Of a DNA stretch of 64,000 bases, positions 40,806 through 56,971 are shown piece by piece. Source of the DNA: the human T2T-CHM13v2.0 reference genome, Homo sapiens; NCBI RefSeq assembly GCF_009914755.1, contig NC_060935.1; one strand, written 5' to 3'. A program made the translations under genes and the position numbers. The first letter of the stretch is position 1, and every line of letters starts with the position of its first letter. Below the pieces are notes generated by a model. It did not search any database. It saw only the letters and a list, made by a program, of their open reading frames with translations, and was not told the DNA's origin.

Positions 40806-40905
40806 GAGCTCGGATTGCCATCTGCCTAGGTGCAGTGTGGGGCAGGCGGGGAGCGGAGCTCGGACTGCCGTCTGCCTAGGTGCAACGTGGGGCAGGCAGG
40901 GAGCG
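40806..40905. repeat. 50-bp diverged tandem duplication
   Basis: gagctcgga(t/c)tgcc(a/g)tctgcctaggtgca..gtggggcaggc.gggagcg x2. Confidence 0.9.
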
Positions 40906-42129
40906 GACAGCACTCTTCAAGGCTCTAGAACGCTGGTGGGTTCCTGGACCTTGACTCTGTGTGACAGGACTGTGTATGCAACCCAGTGTCAAGAGCAGAA
41001 ATGCGCAAATGCTGCCTATGACCAGTGCCTCAGTGATGCGGCACGCCTGGGAAAGGGCACCCACAGCCTCTCTTTCCACACAGCACACATGCTGTGCACT
41101 CACGCACAGCAGCACGTGCCTGCATGCACACACTCTTAGAAGCCTGCGTGAGAGAGAACACGAGCCTTCGTTACTCCAGACACCAAAGCAAGCTCTGAGC
41201 TGCATCATCCCTCAAGTCTGCAGTTTAGGCATGGCTCAGAGGCCCCAGCCAAGGCGGCCAAAACCCAGCCATGTGTTGCTCCTTAAGCCATGTCTTCTGC
41301 TGAGAGTCTGCGTCAGCCCAGAGGAGGGGCCCTCGGTCTCCCTTGCCTGCCGGGAGGCCCTGTGGTTCCTGGTGTCCAGTGGGCTCAGCGTCACGTCCTG
41401 GAAGGAGCCACTACCCGCCTACTGCCCCACTGCATTCCACTCCACACACATTTGGGGATCCAGCGCTCTGTGCAAGGCACTCCATGTCATCATGATGAAG
41501 GAGGACCAGCCGGAGTCCCCACCCCCAGACCCCTGCCCCAAGATAGGCTGGCACAGAATAAGATGCCTGCACAATTAGCCATTGCAGGACTCGTCACCCA
41601 GGGTGTGTGTGGTCATGAGCCACGCAGAAGGGATAATTCTCTCTTCCTCCTGGGGCCTGGGGGCCTTCACAGAGAACAGGACAGGGGCTTTTGCCTGGGC
41701 CCTGAATAATGAACAGATCTCCCCAGGCCAAAGAGGAACTTCTCAGGCAGGGAACTGGCCTGCATGAAGGTGTGGGATTGGGAAGCGTGGACAGGGGCTC
41801 GTGGGGAGAAATCAGATCTTGCCAGCAGACAGACTGGAGCTCAAGCCTGCCTGACTTGCCTCCGGTTCTGTGGCTCTTGCCTGAAGGAGAAGTGATTTTG
41901 AATTATCTACCTCTCTTCTTACCCCACATGGAAGGAAAAAGTCTTTTTATCTTGAAAGATCTGGACTCCTTCTGCCTTCTGAGCATCTGTAAGATGGAGA
42001 TACTAATAGGGCCTTCCCTATAGAGATATTTTGAAGATTAAATGAGAGACCTCATGGAAAGCTGTTAGCACAGAGCTGAGTAAGTAAGCATTGTCATTAG
42101 TTATTATTATCCTATTTTATAGGCTACCA

Positions 42130-42344
42130 CAGTGATTCTCAACCGATTTTACCCCTCAGAGGTCATTTGGCAATGGCTGGAGACATGTTTGGTTGTCACA
42201 ACTTGCAGGAGTGGGAGGGAGGCTGCTCCCCGCCCCTGGTGGGTAGGGCCAGGGTGCTGCTAAGCACCCACCATGCACAGGGCAGCCCCCACAGCAGAGC
42301 AGAGCCCCCCCAGAATGCAGAGAGCACAGAGGCTGAGAAGGCCT
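42130..42344 (+). mobile_element. MER20 (hAT-Charlie)
   Basis: cagtgattctcaacc...catttggcaatggctggagacat...ggttgtcacaact...gaggctgagaaggcctg. Confidence 0.85.
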
Positions 42345-44845
42345 GGGCTGGGGGGTTTCACCTTCTCCTGAAGACAGTGCGGTGACCACGATTTTCAAGC
42401 AGGGAATGACATCATAAAATCTAAGTTTCAGAAAGAAAAATCTGGCAACATTGTGACATGTCTAGAAAGCTCAGCCAGGGGCACTGCAGACCTGCAGATG
42501 AGACCGGGGGGAAGGAGGGCTGGGTCTGCAGCAAGACCAGGAGGCCGCACATTGGCAAGAAGAGAGCAGGAGAACCTGCTGAGGGCTAGAGGAAGGAAGG
42601 GACAGGCCTGGGGCCACTGGAGGACCCTAAAGTTTCCAGCGCATGGACCTGAGCAGATGGTAGTGCCGCCTTTCAACAGCATAGGAAGAAAAGACTCCAT
42701 TTGGGAACTGTGTCCTCCAGGGCCCAGGTTGGGGGAAGCTCCTCCACCAACCTGTACGTGAGCCATGCCCCTCCAGTCCATCTGCTCCCACTCAAGGGGG
42801 GACCACCCTTCAAGAGACCCTCACCCAGCCCATCAGTGCCCAAGAGAGGCAGGCATCCAACTGCACCATCTCCCTCTCCTTCCCCATGCAGCTCCCTCTG
42901 AATGATGATCAGTGAGGCCCTGCAAGACAGCCTCCCGAGGCCGAGCCACCGAGCTACAGGACGAAGATGATCTTTCTGGGCTCCTGATGTCCAGACCCTG
43001 TCTTGTCTTTCAGCATGTTCAGAATACCTGTGGCTGCTGTGGGCAGAGAGGAGGTACCGGGGAAGTCCTGGCAGACTTATCTATCGGCAGAGAGACTGAG
43101 TCTCCATGCCACCCCAATTCCCCCTGCCCTTTTGACTGAGCTCTGAACACAAGTTAGAGGAGCTGGGGGAAAGCTCCAAGCAGTCAATACATCAACCAGT
43201 GAGCACGTGACATGTCCTGTCTCGTGCTCAGCGCTGGGGAGGACATCCCCACAAATATCACAGCTCAAATTCACTGGTTGGGAAGGCAAGACTCACAGGC
43301 AGAGAAGAGTCAAAAAACTATTAAAGAGGCCCCTGGCATAGTCTGAGGAGCCCTGGATAGAGGTAAGACCAGAGTTCTATCCCCAGGCCTCAGGCCTGAA
43401 GCAGGTCCCTGTACTTCCAAAAGCTCCAGCTACACCAAGTTATAGACAACTTCTCATGGCCTGGATTGTGGATGGCAGTGGCGCATCTGATTGATGGGTA
43501 CTGATGCCTGGAGCACTGTGCTGAGGAGGAATCCGAGGCAGCAGCAAGTTTAGTAGGACTGTGATGGCCAACCGGCGAGGCGAGCGGTAGGTGCCACCGG
43601 GATGTCATGGGGATGTACCTCCTGCTTATTAACCCTTCTGGTTAAGAGCAACTGACTGGAGCCATTTCTAAGGACTCCTCCAGCTCCCAAATGGGATAAT
43701 TCTATGATGGAAACGTTACATTTCAAGGCACTGGCTGGAGCAGAATAAGGCAAAGCAGGAAGAGATCTGCATGGGTTGGGCTGATCAGGGAAGGCTTTGG
43801 GAAGGAGGCGGCACTTTAGTGCGGCCTCAAGGTGGGGGAGTGTGAGTAGCTGTACCGGAGGTGGGAGGACGTTTATGTGCATAAAACTGGGGCTGAGCAT
43901 GGGCTGTTCTTGGTACAGGAGGGAGGCGGCTAGCATCGCTGGAATGCGTTGTCTGTGTTTGGGGCAAGTATGATTACATATGGGAGAGCACACTGCCTGA
44001 GAGCTTCCCACATTGAAGCCACAAGCAAAGATGACGTTCCATGCATGCTGGCTTCCAGTCCTCACAGCTCGTCTTCAAGGCAAATGCTCTTCCCAGCCTT
44101 CCCTAGCATTCTGTGACTTGCTCAGGGCTACCGCTGGCAGGTGCGAATCCTGCATTCAGCCTGGGCAGTGCGGTTCTGATGGCTTCGGGCATAACTTCTC
44201 TGCTCTGGTGCCTTCTCTACTCTTAGAAGCTGACCAGTAAGGAAACCCAGCAATGCAGTTGAGACACCATGGCCGGATCTGTGGATTCTAGGGACCAGGA
44301 AGAGGCAGGAACAGCTGTAGACTGAGGAAGGAGGGCCTTGCTTGAGCCATCAGTCACACAAACAGATCCAAGCAAAGAACAGGGCAAGGTGGACACAGAT
44401 CAAAGATGGGCACTAAATGCCACTGGGTTAGGGCTTGCTTTAGACCCCCCCAAGTCCTACATAATCTACTGGAAACAACAAAAAGTGTCCCAACCCTCTG
44501 GGAATAGGCAAGAAGGTGTGGGAGGTCATGAAATTCCAGGGACGTGGGGCTCAGCCTGTGAGGATGGGAATAGAGCCTGCCATGGTCTTAACACCAGCCC
44601 AGAGGCAGAAGGCAACTGTCTAAATAAAGATCTCATTTCAGACAAAGCTTAACCCTGCCTTTGCCCAGGCCCGCAGCCTCCAGCTGTCTCCACGCTGTCC
44701 CTGCCTGGCACCTGGTGGTGCGCTGGGGAACTTTCTCCCTCCTTCACAGCCCTCTCTCCTTCCTTTCTCCTTACTGGGTTCACAGACAGCTCCAGCCTCC
44801 ACTCAGCTTGGCCTCTCAGTTCGACGGCACGCAGAAGATGCTGCT

Positions 44846-44979
44846 GTGCGCCGCCCTGCCCCAGGCTCCTGAGCAGGGGAAGGTGCTGTCGTGCGCCGCC
44901 CTGCCCCAGGCTCCTGAGCAGGGGAAGGTGCTGTCGTGCGCCGCCCTGCCCCAGGCTCCTGAGCAGGGGAAGGTGCTGT
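44846..44979. repeat. 45-bp minisatellite, about 3 near-identical copies
   Basis: gtgcgccgccctgccccaggctcctgagcaggggaaggtgctgtc x3. Confidence 0.95.
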
Positions 44980-47164
44980 GTCTCGTCTTGCTTTCTTCAC
45001 CTCTCCCACCACCCTGGTCCCCACCCATCCGGGGATGGATCCGAAACCAGCCCGGGTATGAAACTCTCCGGCCTCTCTCCCAAACATCCTCGTGCCCCTG
45101 CTCCCCTTGCTCTGGTCCCACTCCATCTCAAGCCCCCTCTGCAGTCCTCCCTTCTGGTTTCTCCCTCTGGCCTCCGGGAGGCCTCTGGTGCCCGCACAAC
45201 TTCCTGGCATTGAGGAAGGACCAGAGCTGTAACGTGGGGCTGGAAGGTCCCAGAACCACCAGCTAGTCCTGCCCTGCCAGCCTCTCCTTGTTAAGCTCTC
45301 CCTCCTGCTGTTCAGTCTATGCTCGACGACTAGAGGCCTGATTTTGAAACTCTCTTTTGGGGCCACTGGGTCAGGCCAGCCCTCCTCACTGTCAGGAAAT
45401 GTATCCTCATTTCTTACCTTAATTTCTCAACCGCAGCCGTTCTTTCTTGCTCTGAGAAGTCACCCGGCGTGATGCTGCGGCCATGCTACTCCTCAGCGCT
45501 CTGCTTCCCAACCAAAACAATGCTCCTTCTCATCTTTTCCAAAGCTTCCGGCCCCAGCAGTTCTCGGACCTGGGGTAGTTTCCTCCCCGCAAGTAACAAA
45601 GGAGGACAAGCCCCAGCTTCTCTAAGATGCCTTCAGCTGCCTGGAAGAGGCCTGTGGAAGGCCCTGCAACTCTCCGCAGACCTCTGGGCATTGCTGCTGC
45701 TTCTCAGTGCCCCTCGTCCCCTCAGCCAGGTGAGTCACCATCATCCTCGCTCCTCCCAGACCCGAAACCTCTCCTCTCCCATCCTTCCTTCTCTTTGTAT
45801 CTCTTTCCGTTTAAACACGCGAACGAACGCGTGTCCACACACGCATATCATTTCGGGCCCTATCTGGAGCTGTCATTGACAGAACTCAAATTGTGATAGG
45901 CAAATTGGCTTCAATGTCAGAGACAGGAAACCCAGTATGCATCTCCCGGTGCCTGGAGAGCGAGGAGATAAGAGAGCAGAGATGGGCTGCCTCGGCCAGC
46001 AGCACCGGAGCAGGGACGGTAGCCAGGGAAGCAGGTCTTCTGCGGCTCCGGCTCAGGCACCAGAGTCCTGAGTGCTGGGGACCCTGGCTTGATTCTTACC
46101 CCCAGCGTGATGTGGGATAACAAAAGGAGGATGGAGCACCTCCGAGATGCACTGAGCCCTTCCCGAGGGCTTCTCTAAGACAACCCAAGTTCTTTCCTAG
46201 CGGGAATCAGACATCTACAGCAGGGACCCTTAGCCCCCAGATGCCACATCCTACATGTAGGGCCGGTCACTGCCCTGGCAGTTAGGAGGGGACGGGTGAG
46301 AGCTGCTGCCGAAAAGAGGAGCAGCCGTTCCAATGCCATCATACCTCTGCTTGTCCCCGTTACATAAAGCTCCAGCTGACTTGGCGTAATGACTAAGAAA
46401 ACTTTCCAAACTTTCCGAAGACAGTTGGTGATCCTCTACCCTCCCGGTGACTGGTGAGAACTACCCCCACAGAGAGCCAGCAGAGAGGAAGGCTCCCAGC
46501 TCCGGGCCCTGACTCATCACACACACAAACACTCCCCAGCACTCTTTCCCAAAACAGTTCCCCTCCCACCCATCCACCCTCCTACCGGGGCTGGGTGACA
46601 AAAATGAACGCCCCAGAGATCTTGCCAAGTTCTGGGCCACGCTCAGCCCAGGGAACACGCAATTCCCCGTAGAATGGGAGGAGCAGGCCCCGCCCCCTCT
46701 GGAAGCAAACAATGTCCATTGGAAGGAAACGACCACCTGACTCTACAATGATCACTGTACTGTTTTCCAAATACCTTGGACCACTCTCCCCCAAGAAAGA
46801 GTTCAAAGCTCTATAATCATAAAATATTAGAGCTTAAGGCAATCTTAAAGGTCATCTGTAGCGCCTCTCCCCTTCCCTGCTTCCATGCATCTACACGTGG
46901 ATTCATTTCTTTATCTATCTGTTCATCAGATAGCCACTCAGTTCCTACAGTTTGCCCATGTGCAACGCACGCACTGGAGGCCTCACAGACGCACTGTCTC
47001 CTCAAGGCGCTTGTCATCTAGTGGGTGAGAAAGCAAGTGACAAGGCGTTGGAATAAGTAGGACAGGCACTGTGGTAGGAAGAGTGCATGTTCTAGAAGCA
47101 CCGAGAGGGCACGTCACCCCCACCTTGGGGTAGTGGGGGGAATTCATGGAGACTTACTGGGAGA

Positions 47165-47559
<395 letters not shown>

Positions 47560-48480
47560 TGGGAAAAATTATATTTAAGTTGAGCTATAAAAAATAAGGA
47601 AATTCCTTTTCAATCAATAAGAGGTCTGCTCATCACTCAGTACGGCTAAAGCATAGTGTCAGGCACACTGCATGATGATGAATCGAATGTAGTGTCCACA
47701 CATAGAGTTTAACGCCTAGTGAGGGACATACAGTAAAGGTACGCATGACTAGAATATTCTATGCTCCCAATAGAAAGAAAAATGTTCAGGGATGGCCATC
47801 CCAAGTGCCCTGACTTAATCATCACACATTATATACATGGATCAGAATATCACATGGTCCCCAAAATATCTACGATGTATGAAAAAACCAGAATATACCT
47901 CGAAGCACCAGATAATGCTCCTAAAAGAAGGATCTGTGGAGTCCCAGGGAGGGTTTCAGAGAGGATGAGGGAAGTTCCCAGCTGGAAAGACTTGCAAAAG
48001 CCCCATGGAAGAAATCTGAGTTCACCTTCAGGATGGCTAGGATTTAAAGGCACAGAGGGAGAAAGAAGGGCATTCTGAGCAAAAGCCATGCTACCAGCAA
48101 AGTGGAAGAACCAGTGCCGTCTGGGGGAAGAAGGATACACCAGTCTGACCGAGGCACACGACAGGCAGTCGGGGCAGACGCGGCGTGAACACAGGCAAAG
48201 TCTGAGGACGCTCTGAAATTGAAAGCCAGGCCCTGCAGTTTCTCAAGGTCACAGAGTGAGGAGAAGAGCAGGACTTCCGACGTGAACTGCAGTGCTCCTT
48301 CACAGATGACAGATGGCACTTTTCCCCTTGTGATGCTTTGGCCCCTCCCTGCTGGAGGAACCCTGTGGCTGACTCCTCCCCTCCCCAGGGGGTCTCTGGA
48401 TGCAAAGCAAGGAGACCCCAGGCTAACAATCCAGGCTGTTCTACTCTGGCTTTTGCATTTTTTTTTTTGGATAAGTACGT

Positions 48481-48770
48481 GGCCAGGCAAGGTGGCTCAC
48501 ACTTGTAATCCCAGTACTTCCAGATGGGGAAGCAGGAAGATCGCTTGAGCCCAGAAGTTTGAGACCAGCCTAAGCAACATAGTGAGACCTCATCCCTACA
48601 AAAAATTTTAAAAATTAGCTGGAAGTGGTGGCACACACCTGTGGTCCCAGTTACTTGGGAGGCTGAGGAAGACGGATCGCATGTGCCCAGGAGTTCAGGC
48701 TGCAGTGGGCTGTGGTCGTGACACTGCACTCAGCCTGGGTGACAGAGCGAGATCCTGTCTCTAAAACACA
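48481..48770 (+). mobile_element. Alu (AluJ-like)
   Basis: Dimer. Confidence 0.9.
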
Positions 48771-49042
48771 ATCAATCTATATTTTTAAAACTCTTTTGAA
48801 GAGGGCAGCAAAATCCACCCCACCAACTGAACTAGGGTCGCACCCTGGCTCCTAAGCAGCCCAGTGTGAAATATTTGGAACTCTTACGGCTGTTCTTTCT
48901 TCTTCCTCATCTCCACACAAATACACTAACCTACGGCTTTCAGTCTTAGCCCTTTATTGCTTTATGTACATGCCCGGCTCAGGGCTTACATCCATCTGGG
49001 TATCTCTGCTTAAGACTGCAAGTTCTTAAAATACCGGGATGC

Positions 49043-49330
<288 letters not shown>

Positions 49331-49379
49331 CTATACACAAAATTGCCTTGAAAACTTGAGCACGGAACACCAAACAGCT

Positions 49380-49620
49380 AAGCGTGCCGGTTTGGGGAGG
49401 GCGGGGGAGGAATAAGGAGCTGCAACGGTAAGAGGCCGCCACACGGTGGCGCAGTGAGGCTGGGAAACGGTGCACCCCGCGCAGGAGGGGGCACTCCCCG
49501 TCGCGGCCACCCGGGGTGGGCAGGAGGCGGCGCGGGCTGGCTGGTCTCTCCCGAGAAGGTTCTCTCCCGAGAAGGGTGCGTCTCAGGGCTTGTCAGTGGA
49601 CCCCTGGAACATGGGGAAGA
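49380..49620. promoter_or_regulatory. Small CpG-rich patch with an SP/KLF box
   Basis: ggggagggcgggggagg at 49394-49410, dense CpG, duplicated tctctcccgagaagg. Confidence 0.4.
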
Positions 49621-49795
49621 CGCACAGACAAGGGTTTCGCTCTTTGCTCTCCTCTCTCCTTGTCAGACCTCTGTGACCAAGAGAGGCCCAGGGGCACCTG
49701 AAGGCCACCACGGTTGTATCCTGCTCTGAGAACCCATCCCTAGGTTGGGAGAGGGAGCAGCCGTGTGCAGGTGGAGATCCTAGCGACAGGAGGAA

Positions 49796-49861
49796 GTGCC
49801 TGCCTGCGTGCGTGCGTGCCTGCGTGCGTGCGTGCCTGCGTACGTGCGTGCGTGCGTGCGC
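49796..49861. repeat. (TGCG/TGCC)n tetranucleotide repeat
   Basis: Read directly from the sequence. Confidence 0.92.
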
Positions 49862-50033
49862 ACTTGTCCTTGAGGTGCAGAGACTGGTGAGCAGGGTCAA
49901 AGATGCTTTTTTTTCTTAGTCTAATGAGCTCTTGGAAACAAAGCTAATCTCTGGAGGGAAGACACACCCTGGACATTTGCTGCTGGCCTGGAATGGATGT
50001 TTTAAGAGCCCATCCTACGAGACGGTTGGAATG

Positions 50034-50176
50034 CTTTTTTTTCCTTTTTTTTTTTCTTTTTGGTAGAGACAAGGTCTCACTATTACCCAGGCTGGTCTTA
50101 AACTCCTGGACTCAAGCGATCCTCCCGTCTCAACTTTCCAAAGTGCTGGGATTACAGACAACAGCCGCCATGCCTG
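50034..50176 (-). mobile_element. Alu monomer (FLAM-like)
   Basis: Single monomer. TSD ggtt(g/t)gaatgctt. Confidence 0.85.
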
Positions 50177-50409
50177 GAGGTTTGAATGCTTCTAAGAAGC
50201 ACAGGACATTGATGATTACACATTGTATCCGTGTATCAAAATATCACATGTATCCCACATGATAATGTACAATTATCATGTATCGAGTAAAAAAATAAGC
50301 ACAGGAGAGCTTCCTTTCTGTTCTTATCCAAAACCCTTCCTACACATAGACTGTGCACATCAAAAATGTTCCCACCACAGTCCATATTTGTTACTAAATA
50401 TACACTCCT

Positions 50410-50998
50410 GGCCGGGCGCAGTGGCTGACGTGTGTAATCCCAACACTTTGGGAAGCCGAGGCAGCATAGTAGTTCAAGACTGGCCTGAGCAACATGGCAA
50501 AACCCCATCTCTACAAAAAATACCAAAAAAAAAAAAATAATAGCCTGGGGTGATGGCATACACCTGTAGTCCCAACTACTCAGGAGGCTGAGGTGGAAGG
50601 ATCACTTGAGCCCAGGAGGTCAGGGCTGCAGTGAGCCGAGATCACGCCACTGCTTTCCAGCCTGGGCGACAGAGTAAGACCCTGTCTCAAAAATAAAAAG
50701 GAGCCAGGCGCGGTGGCTCACGCCTGTAATCGCAGCACTTTGGGAGGCCGAAGCGGGCGGATCACCAGGTCAGGGGTTCAAGACCATCCTGGCTAACACA
50801 GTGAAACACTGTCTCTACTAAAAATACAAAAAAAAATTAGACGGGCATGGTGATGGGTGCCTGTGGTCCCAGCTACTCGGGAGGCTGAGGCAGGAGAATG
50901 GCATGAACCCGGGAGCGGAGGTTGCAGTGAGCCGAGATCGCGCCACTGCACTCCAGCATGGGGGACAGAGCCAGACTCCATCTCTAAATAAATAAATA
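50410..50998 (+). mobile_element. Two head-to-tail Alus (J-like 50410-50699, Y/Sc-like 50701-50998)
   Basis: Two consecutive dimers. Confidence 0.9.
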
Positions 50999-51084
50999 GT
51001 GGAAAAAAAATTCTACCAGTGTCCTTTCCAGACACTCCTGAACAGCTTTCTGCAAAATGCTGATCATAAGCACGTCTATGCACG

Positions 51085-51627
51085 TGTTACTGGAAAGGGG
51101 TCCCAATCCAGACGCCAAGAGAGGGTTCTTGGATCTCACTCAAGAGAGAATTCGGGGCACGTCCATAAAGTGAAAGCAAATTTATTAAGAAAGGAAAGGA
51201 ATAAAAGAATGGTTACTCCATAGGTAGAGCAGCTCTGAGGGCTGCTGGTTGCCCATTTTTATGGTTATTTCTTAATGATATGCTAAACAAGAGGTAGATT
51301 ATTCGTGCCTCCCCTTTTTAGACCATATAGGCTAACTTCCTGACGTTGCCATGGCATTTGTAAACTGTCATGGCGCTGCTGGGAGTGCAGCAGTGAGGAC
51401 GACCAGAGGTCATTCTCTGCCATCTTGGTTTTGGTGGGTTTGGGCCGGCTTCTTTTCTGAAACCTGTTTTATCAGCAAGGTCTTTACGACCTGTATGTTG
51501 TGCCAACCTCTTATCTCATCCTGTGACTCAGAAAGCCTAACCCGTGGGAGTGCAGCCCAGCAGGTCTCAGTTTTTTCACCAAGGCCCCATTCAAGATGGA
51601 GTTGCTCTGGTTCAGATGCCTCTGACA
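51085..51627 (-). mobile_element. MER41 solo LTR (MER41A-like)
   Basis: The minus strand begins tgtcagaggcatctgaaccagagcaactccatcttgaat and ends cctttccagtaaca. About 543 bp. TSD cac(g/a). Confidence 0.9.
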
Positions 51628-52871
51628 CACAGATGCCCACAGATCCATCTTCACCTCAGCAATGCCTCTCACACACACAGCCACTGCAACCCTGTGTGTC
51701 TCCTCCCGAGAGGGTCCCTCAGACACAGTCGTGTATTTCGCCACTCAGAAAGGCGGGTTCGCCTTCCTACCTATGCACACAGAGGCCAGGAGGACAGACA
51801 CAGTGCGACACAGAGGCAGGAATAGCAGTTCCATGTGGGCTGGGGCCCCCGCTCCATTTGCCCCTGCGAGGGAGGTTTGTTTCCCGCCTGTGCGTGCCGT
51901 TCTGGGCTCAGCATGGAGACGGGGGCGGGTGGAGGAGGAGGGCGGAGAGCAGCTTCTCAGAGTCAGGCTCCTTCCCAGCTGCGAGGGCAAACAATTCCCA
52001 AGAAGAGGATTGGGAATTCTCTGTGAGGGCAGAAGAGTGTGAGGAGAACAGGCTCGGGCGGGGCAGGAAGGATTGCCTGAGAACGTTGAACTTGGCCTTC
52101 GCAGGGCAACCAAGAGTCAGAGTTTTCGTTGATGCCAGAAAGAGAAGTTAGGAGTGTGTGGGTCTGTGCGTGTGAAAAAAGGGAGGGAGAGGCAGGAAGG
52201 GGACAAGGACAGACATCGAGGTGGAAGTAAGCAATTGAGAACATGCACAGAGTCAGACTACGGGAGCAAAGGGGTAGAAATAAGGAATCTTTAACTTAGA
52301 AGCGGAAGATTGGGAAGAAGAATAAACAGCAAGAGGCAGGGGATCCAATCTGGGAAGCGTGCAGAGAGAAAGGGGCCCAGAGCAGAAAGCTTGCAGGTGG
52401 AAGGAAGGAGGACAGGCGGGCAGGAAGCCCCAGGCCTGTCCAGAGCCCCGCCACTGCAGGAAGGCACTGAAGGCCGGGAGGGCGGCTCAGCTCATCTGTT
52501 ACTTACAAGCACAAGCTCCCCCCAATCCCGATTAGCAGGAATTACGTGGCATATGGCTAATCCTCCTGCCACAGTTATTAATACTTTCCAGACACTGCCG
52601 AGGGAACCAGGCAGCCTCCTTAGGCCCAAGGCTTCCCCCAGCCTGGCAGGGCCGGCCACCCATGCCTGCTGCAGGGGTGCTGTGGCCCAGAGGAGGGGAG
52701 GGGAGTGGCTGGAAAGCTTTCTCTAAGTCCTTCAGGCGACTCTGAATCCTCTGGAAGCACATGCCACAAGCTCTTCCTTTTTCCAAAATCCATGTGTATG
52801 TTGTTTGGTTTAAATAGTCACAGAAAACTTGTGATAGAAGGAGAATATATGATATCATTCCCATTAAAAAC

Positions 52872-53478
<607 letters not shown>

Positions 53479-54095
53479 CAGGAAAACAAATCCAAGAGAA
53501 GGGAAAGGATTTAATCAAGGACTTCTACTCAATAGCAAAGTCTGGCTGTCCTCATTTCCAGCCTAGCAGATGGAAACTGGAAGCTAACTTGCTGCTCCTG
53601 GCTTAGGGAGACATAAAAAGATAAACAGGGGAAGGGGAAGAGAGCAAGAAGGGGAGATGAACTTCTGATAGTGGCTAGTGTGCAGCCAGGTGTCCAGCGA
53701 GCACTTAGTGAGTGCTTTGTAATTGATGACTTGCCGGGCTTTGTCTTAGGTGAGGTGCAAAGTCGATCCTGAGATGGTTTGTGAGGAACAAATTGCTCCC
53801 GTGGGAAGTAACAGAGGAGTGCAGGGGGCAGGGGGGAAGGGAAAGAAGCCAAACAAGAGGGCCATTTCAGACCCGTCCCAGCCTCAGCCGACCCTGCGGG
53901 GGAGCTCTGGGGACAATTACTCCTCAGTTTGTCCCAACTGGAAGCAAGGTAGCTGTGTTTCCGTAGATATTGCAAGGGGGCAGAAATTGCCAGGCATTTG
54001 CAGTTCCCTGAGCATGATGGAGAGGTGGCTCTGGTACCCCCAGGCAGTCCTCTGAAGAGAGCTGTGGGTGCAGGTCTTTAGAATCAAAGGAAACG

Positions 54096-54693
<598 letters not shown>

Positions 54694-54787
54694 AGGGAAC
54701 AGAAGAGACAGCGCCCCAGCAGGGTCTGCTACAAACATAAAGCAAGTGCTCTCAGACCCTCTCTACTCTACTGACAGGTCATCAACT

Positions 54788-54871
54788 TCGATTTGTAAAA
54801 TGTTTCTCCCCTTTAGGCGTTCACAGTCCTCGATTTGTAAAATGTTTCCCTGCTTTAGGAGTTCACAGTCC
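54788..54871. repeat. 42-bp tandem duplication
   Basis: tcgatttgtaaaatgtttc...ctttagg.gttcacagtcc x2. Confidence 0.88.
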
Positions 54872-55052
54872 AGCAGCGAGACAGTGGCATGCTATACCCC
54901 TGTGTTCATATAGAATGTGCACAGTGATAGGTGCTAGTTCAGCGATAGAACACAGAACAAGTCATTGAATTCTGGCCGGGTGGGTCAGGGGAGTATAAAG
55001 TTGGATGGGACTTGCTCTGTGCCACGCCCTCCCCTGTTAGAAAGCCTTCCAT

Positions 55053-55375
<323 letters not shown>

Positions 55376-56178
55376 TTACGCTCCATCACCCATGTAAAAC
55401 ATTCAAAATAACTTAGCCTAAATATCAAGGCCCCATGCTAGATACCCATCCACCTACTATACGATCTGGAAGTCATATATTTCATTTCTATCCTTTTAAG
55501 AATTACCCTTAAGCGTTTAAAATATACCCTTAATTTAAAATATACCCTTTAATTTTGAAAGTTTAAATCTAATTAACCTTTACTGACCTTTCAGTACTCT
55601 GAATTTCTTCTAACCCTAGTTGTTCATGTTATCATTGTCTAGTATTTTAGTTTTTTTAACCCTCACAGATAGGTTATTACTATTATTGTCTTGTAGAGTC
55701 TATATTGACTTACATATGTTCACCTGCTTCCTACATGTTTTGCTGATCGTTGCTCTTTTATCCCCTTGCTTCCTCTGGGTACAGATTTGCTTTTTTTAAA
55801 CTTAAGCTTTTCTTTTAAATCATTCATTAGTATTTCTTTCAACAAGTAAAGAGGTGACAAACTCTCTCAAATTTTTTTCCCTTTACTCTTGAATCATCAC
55901 TTAGCTGATACAGAAACCTGGACTGACTTCTTTTTCACCTTAGCACTTTGAAGCAATTATTTCATTTTGTTCCAGCTTCTATTGTTGTTTCCCAGTGAAT
56001 AGCCATCTTTTGACTGTCACTAACCTTGAGACTTTTCTTAGTCTTTGAGTTCTGTCTTTCACTGTGTTATGTCTAGCAAAGACCCATGCGGCTAGGTGTG
56101 ACAAAACAAAATGAGATATCTCTTTATCCTGGGGTATCCTATTTAGAATAGCTTCTTCAAACTAAGAACTCGTGTCTT

Positions 56179-56537
<359 letters not shown>

Positions 56538-56612
56538 TCAATTACTGCCTTTAGACCCACATTTTTATTTTATCCCACTACAACGTGTTTCTATAGCGTA
56601 CATCTCTTAAAT

Positions 56613-56971
<359 letters not shown>

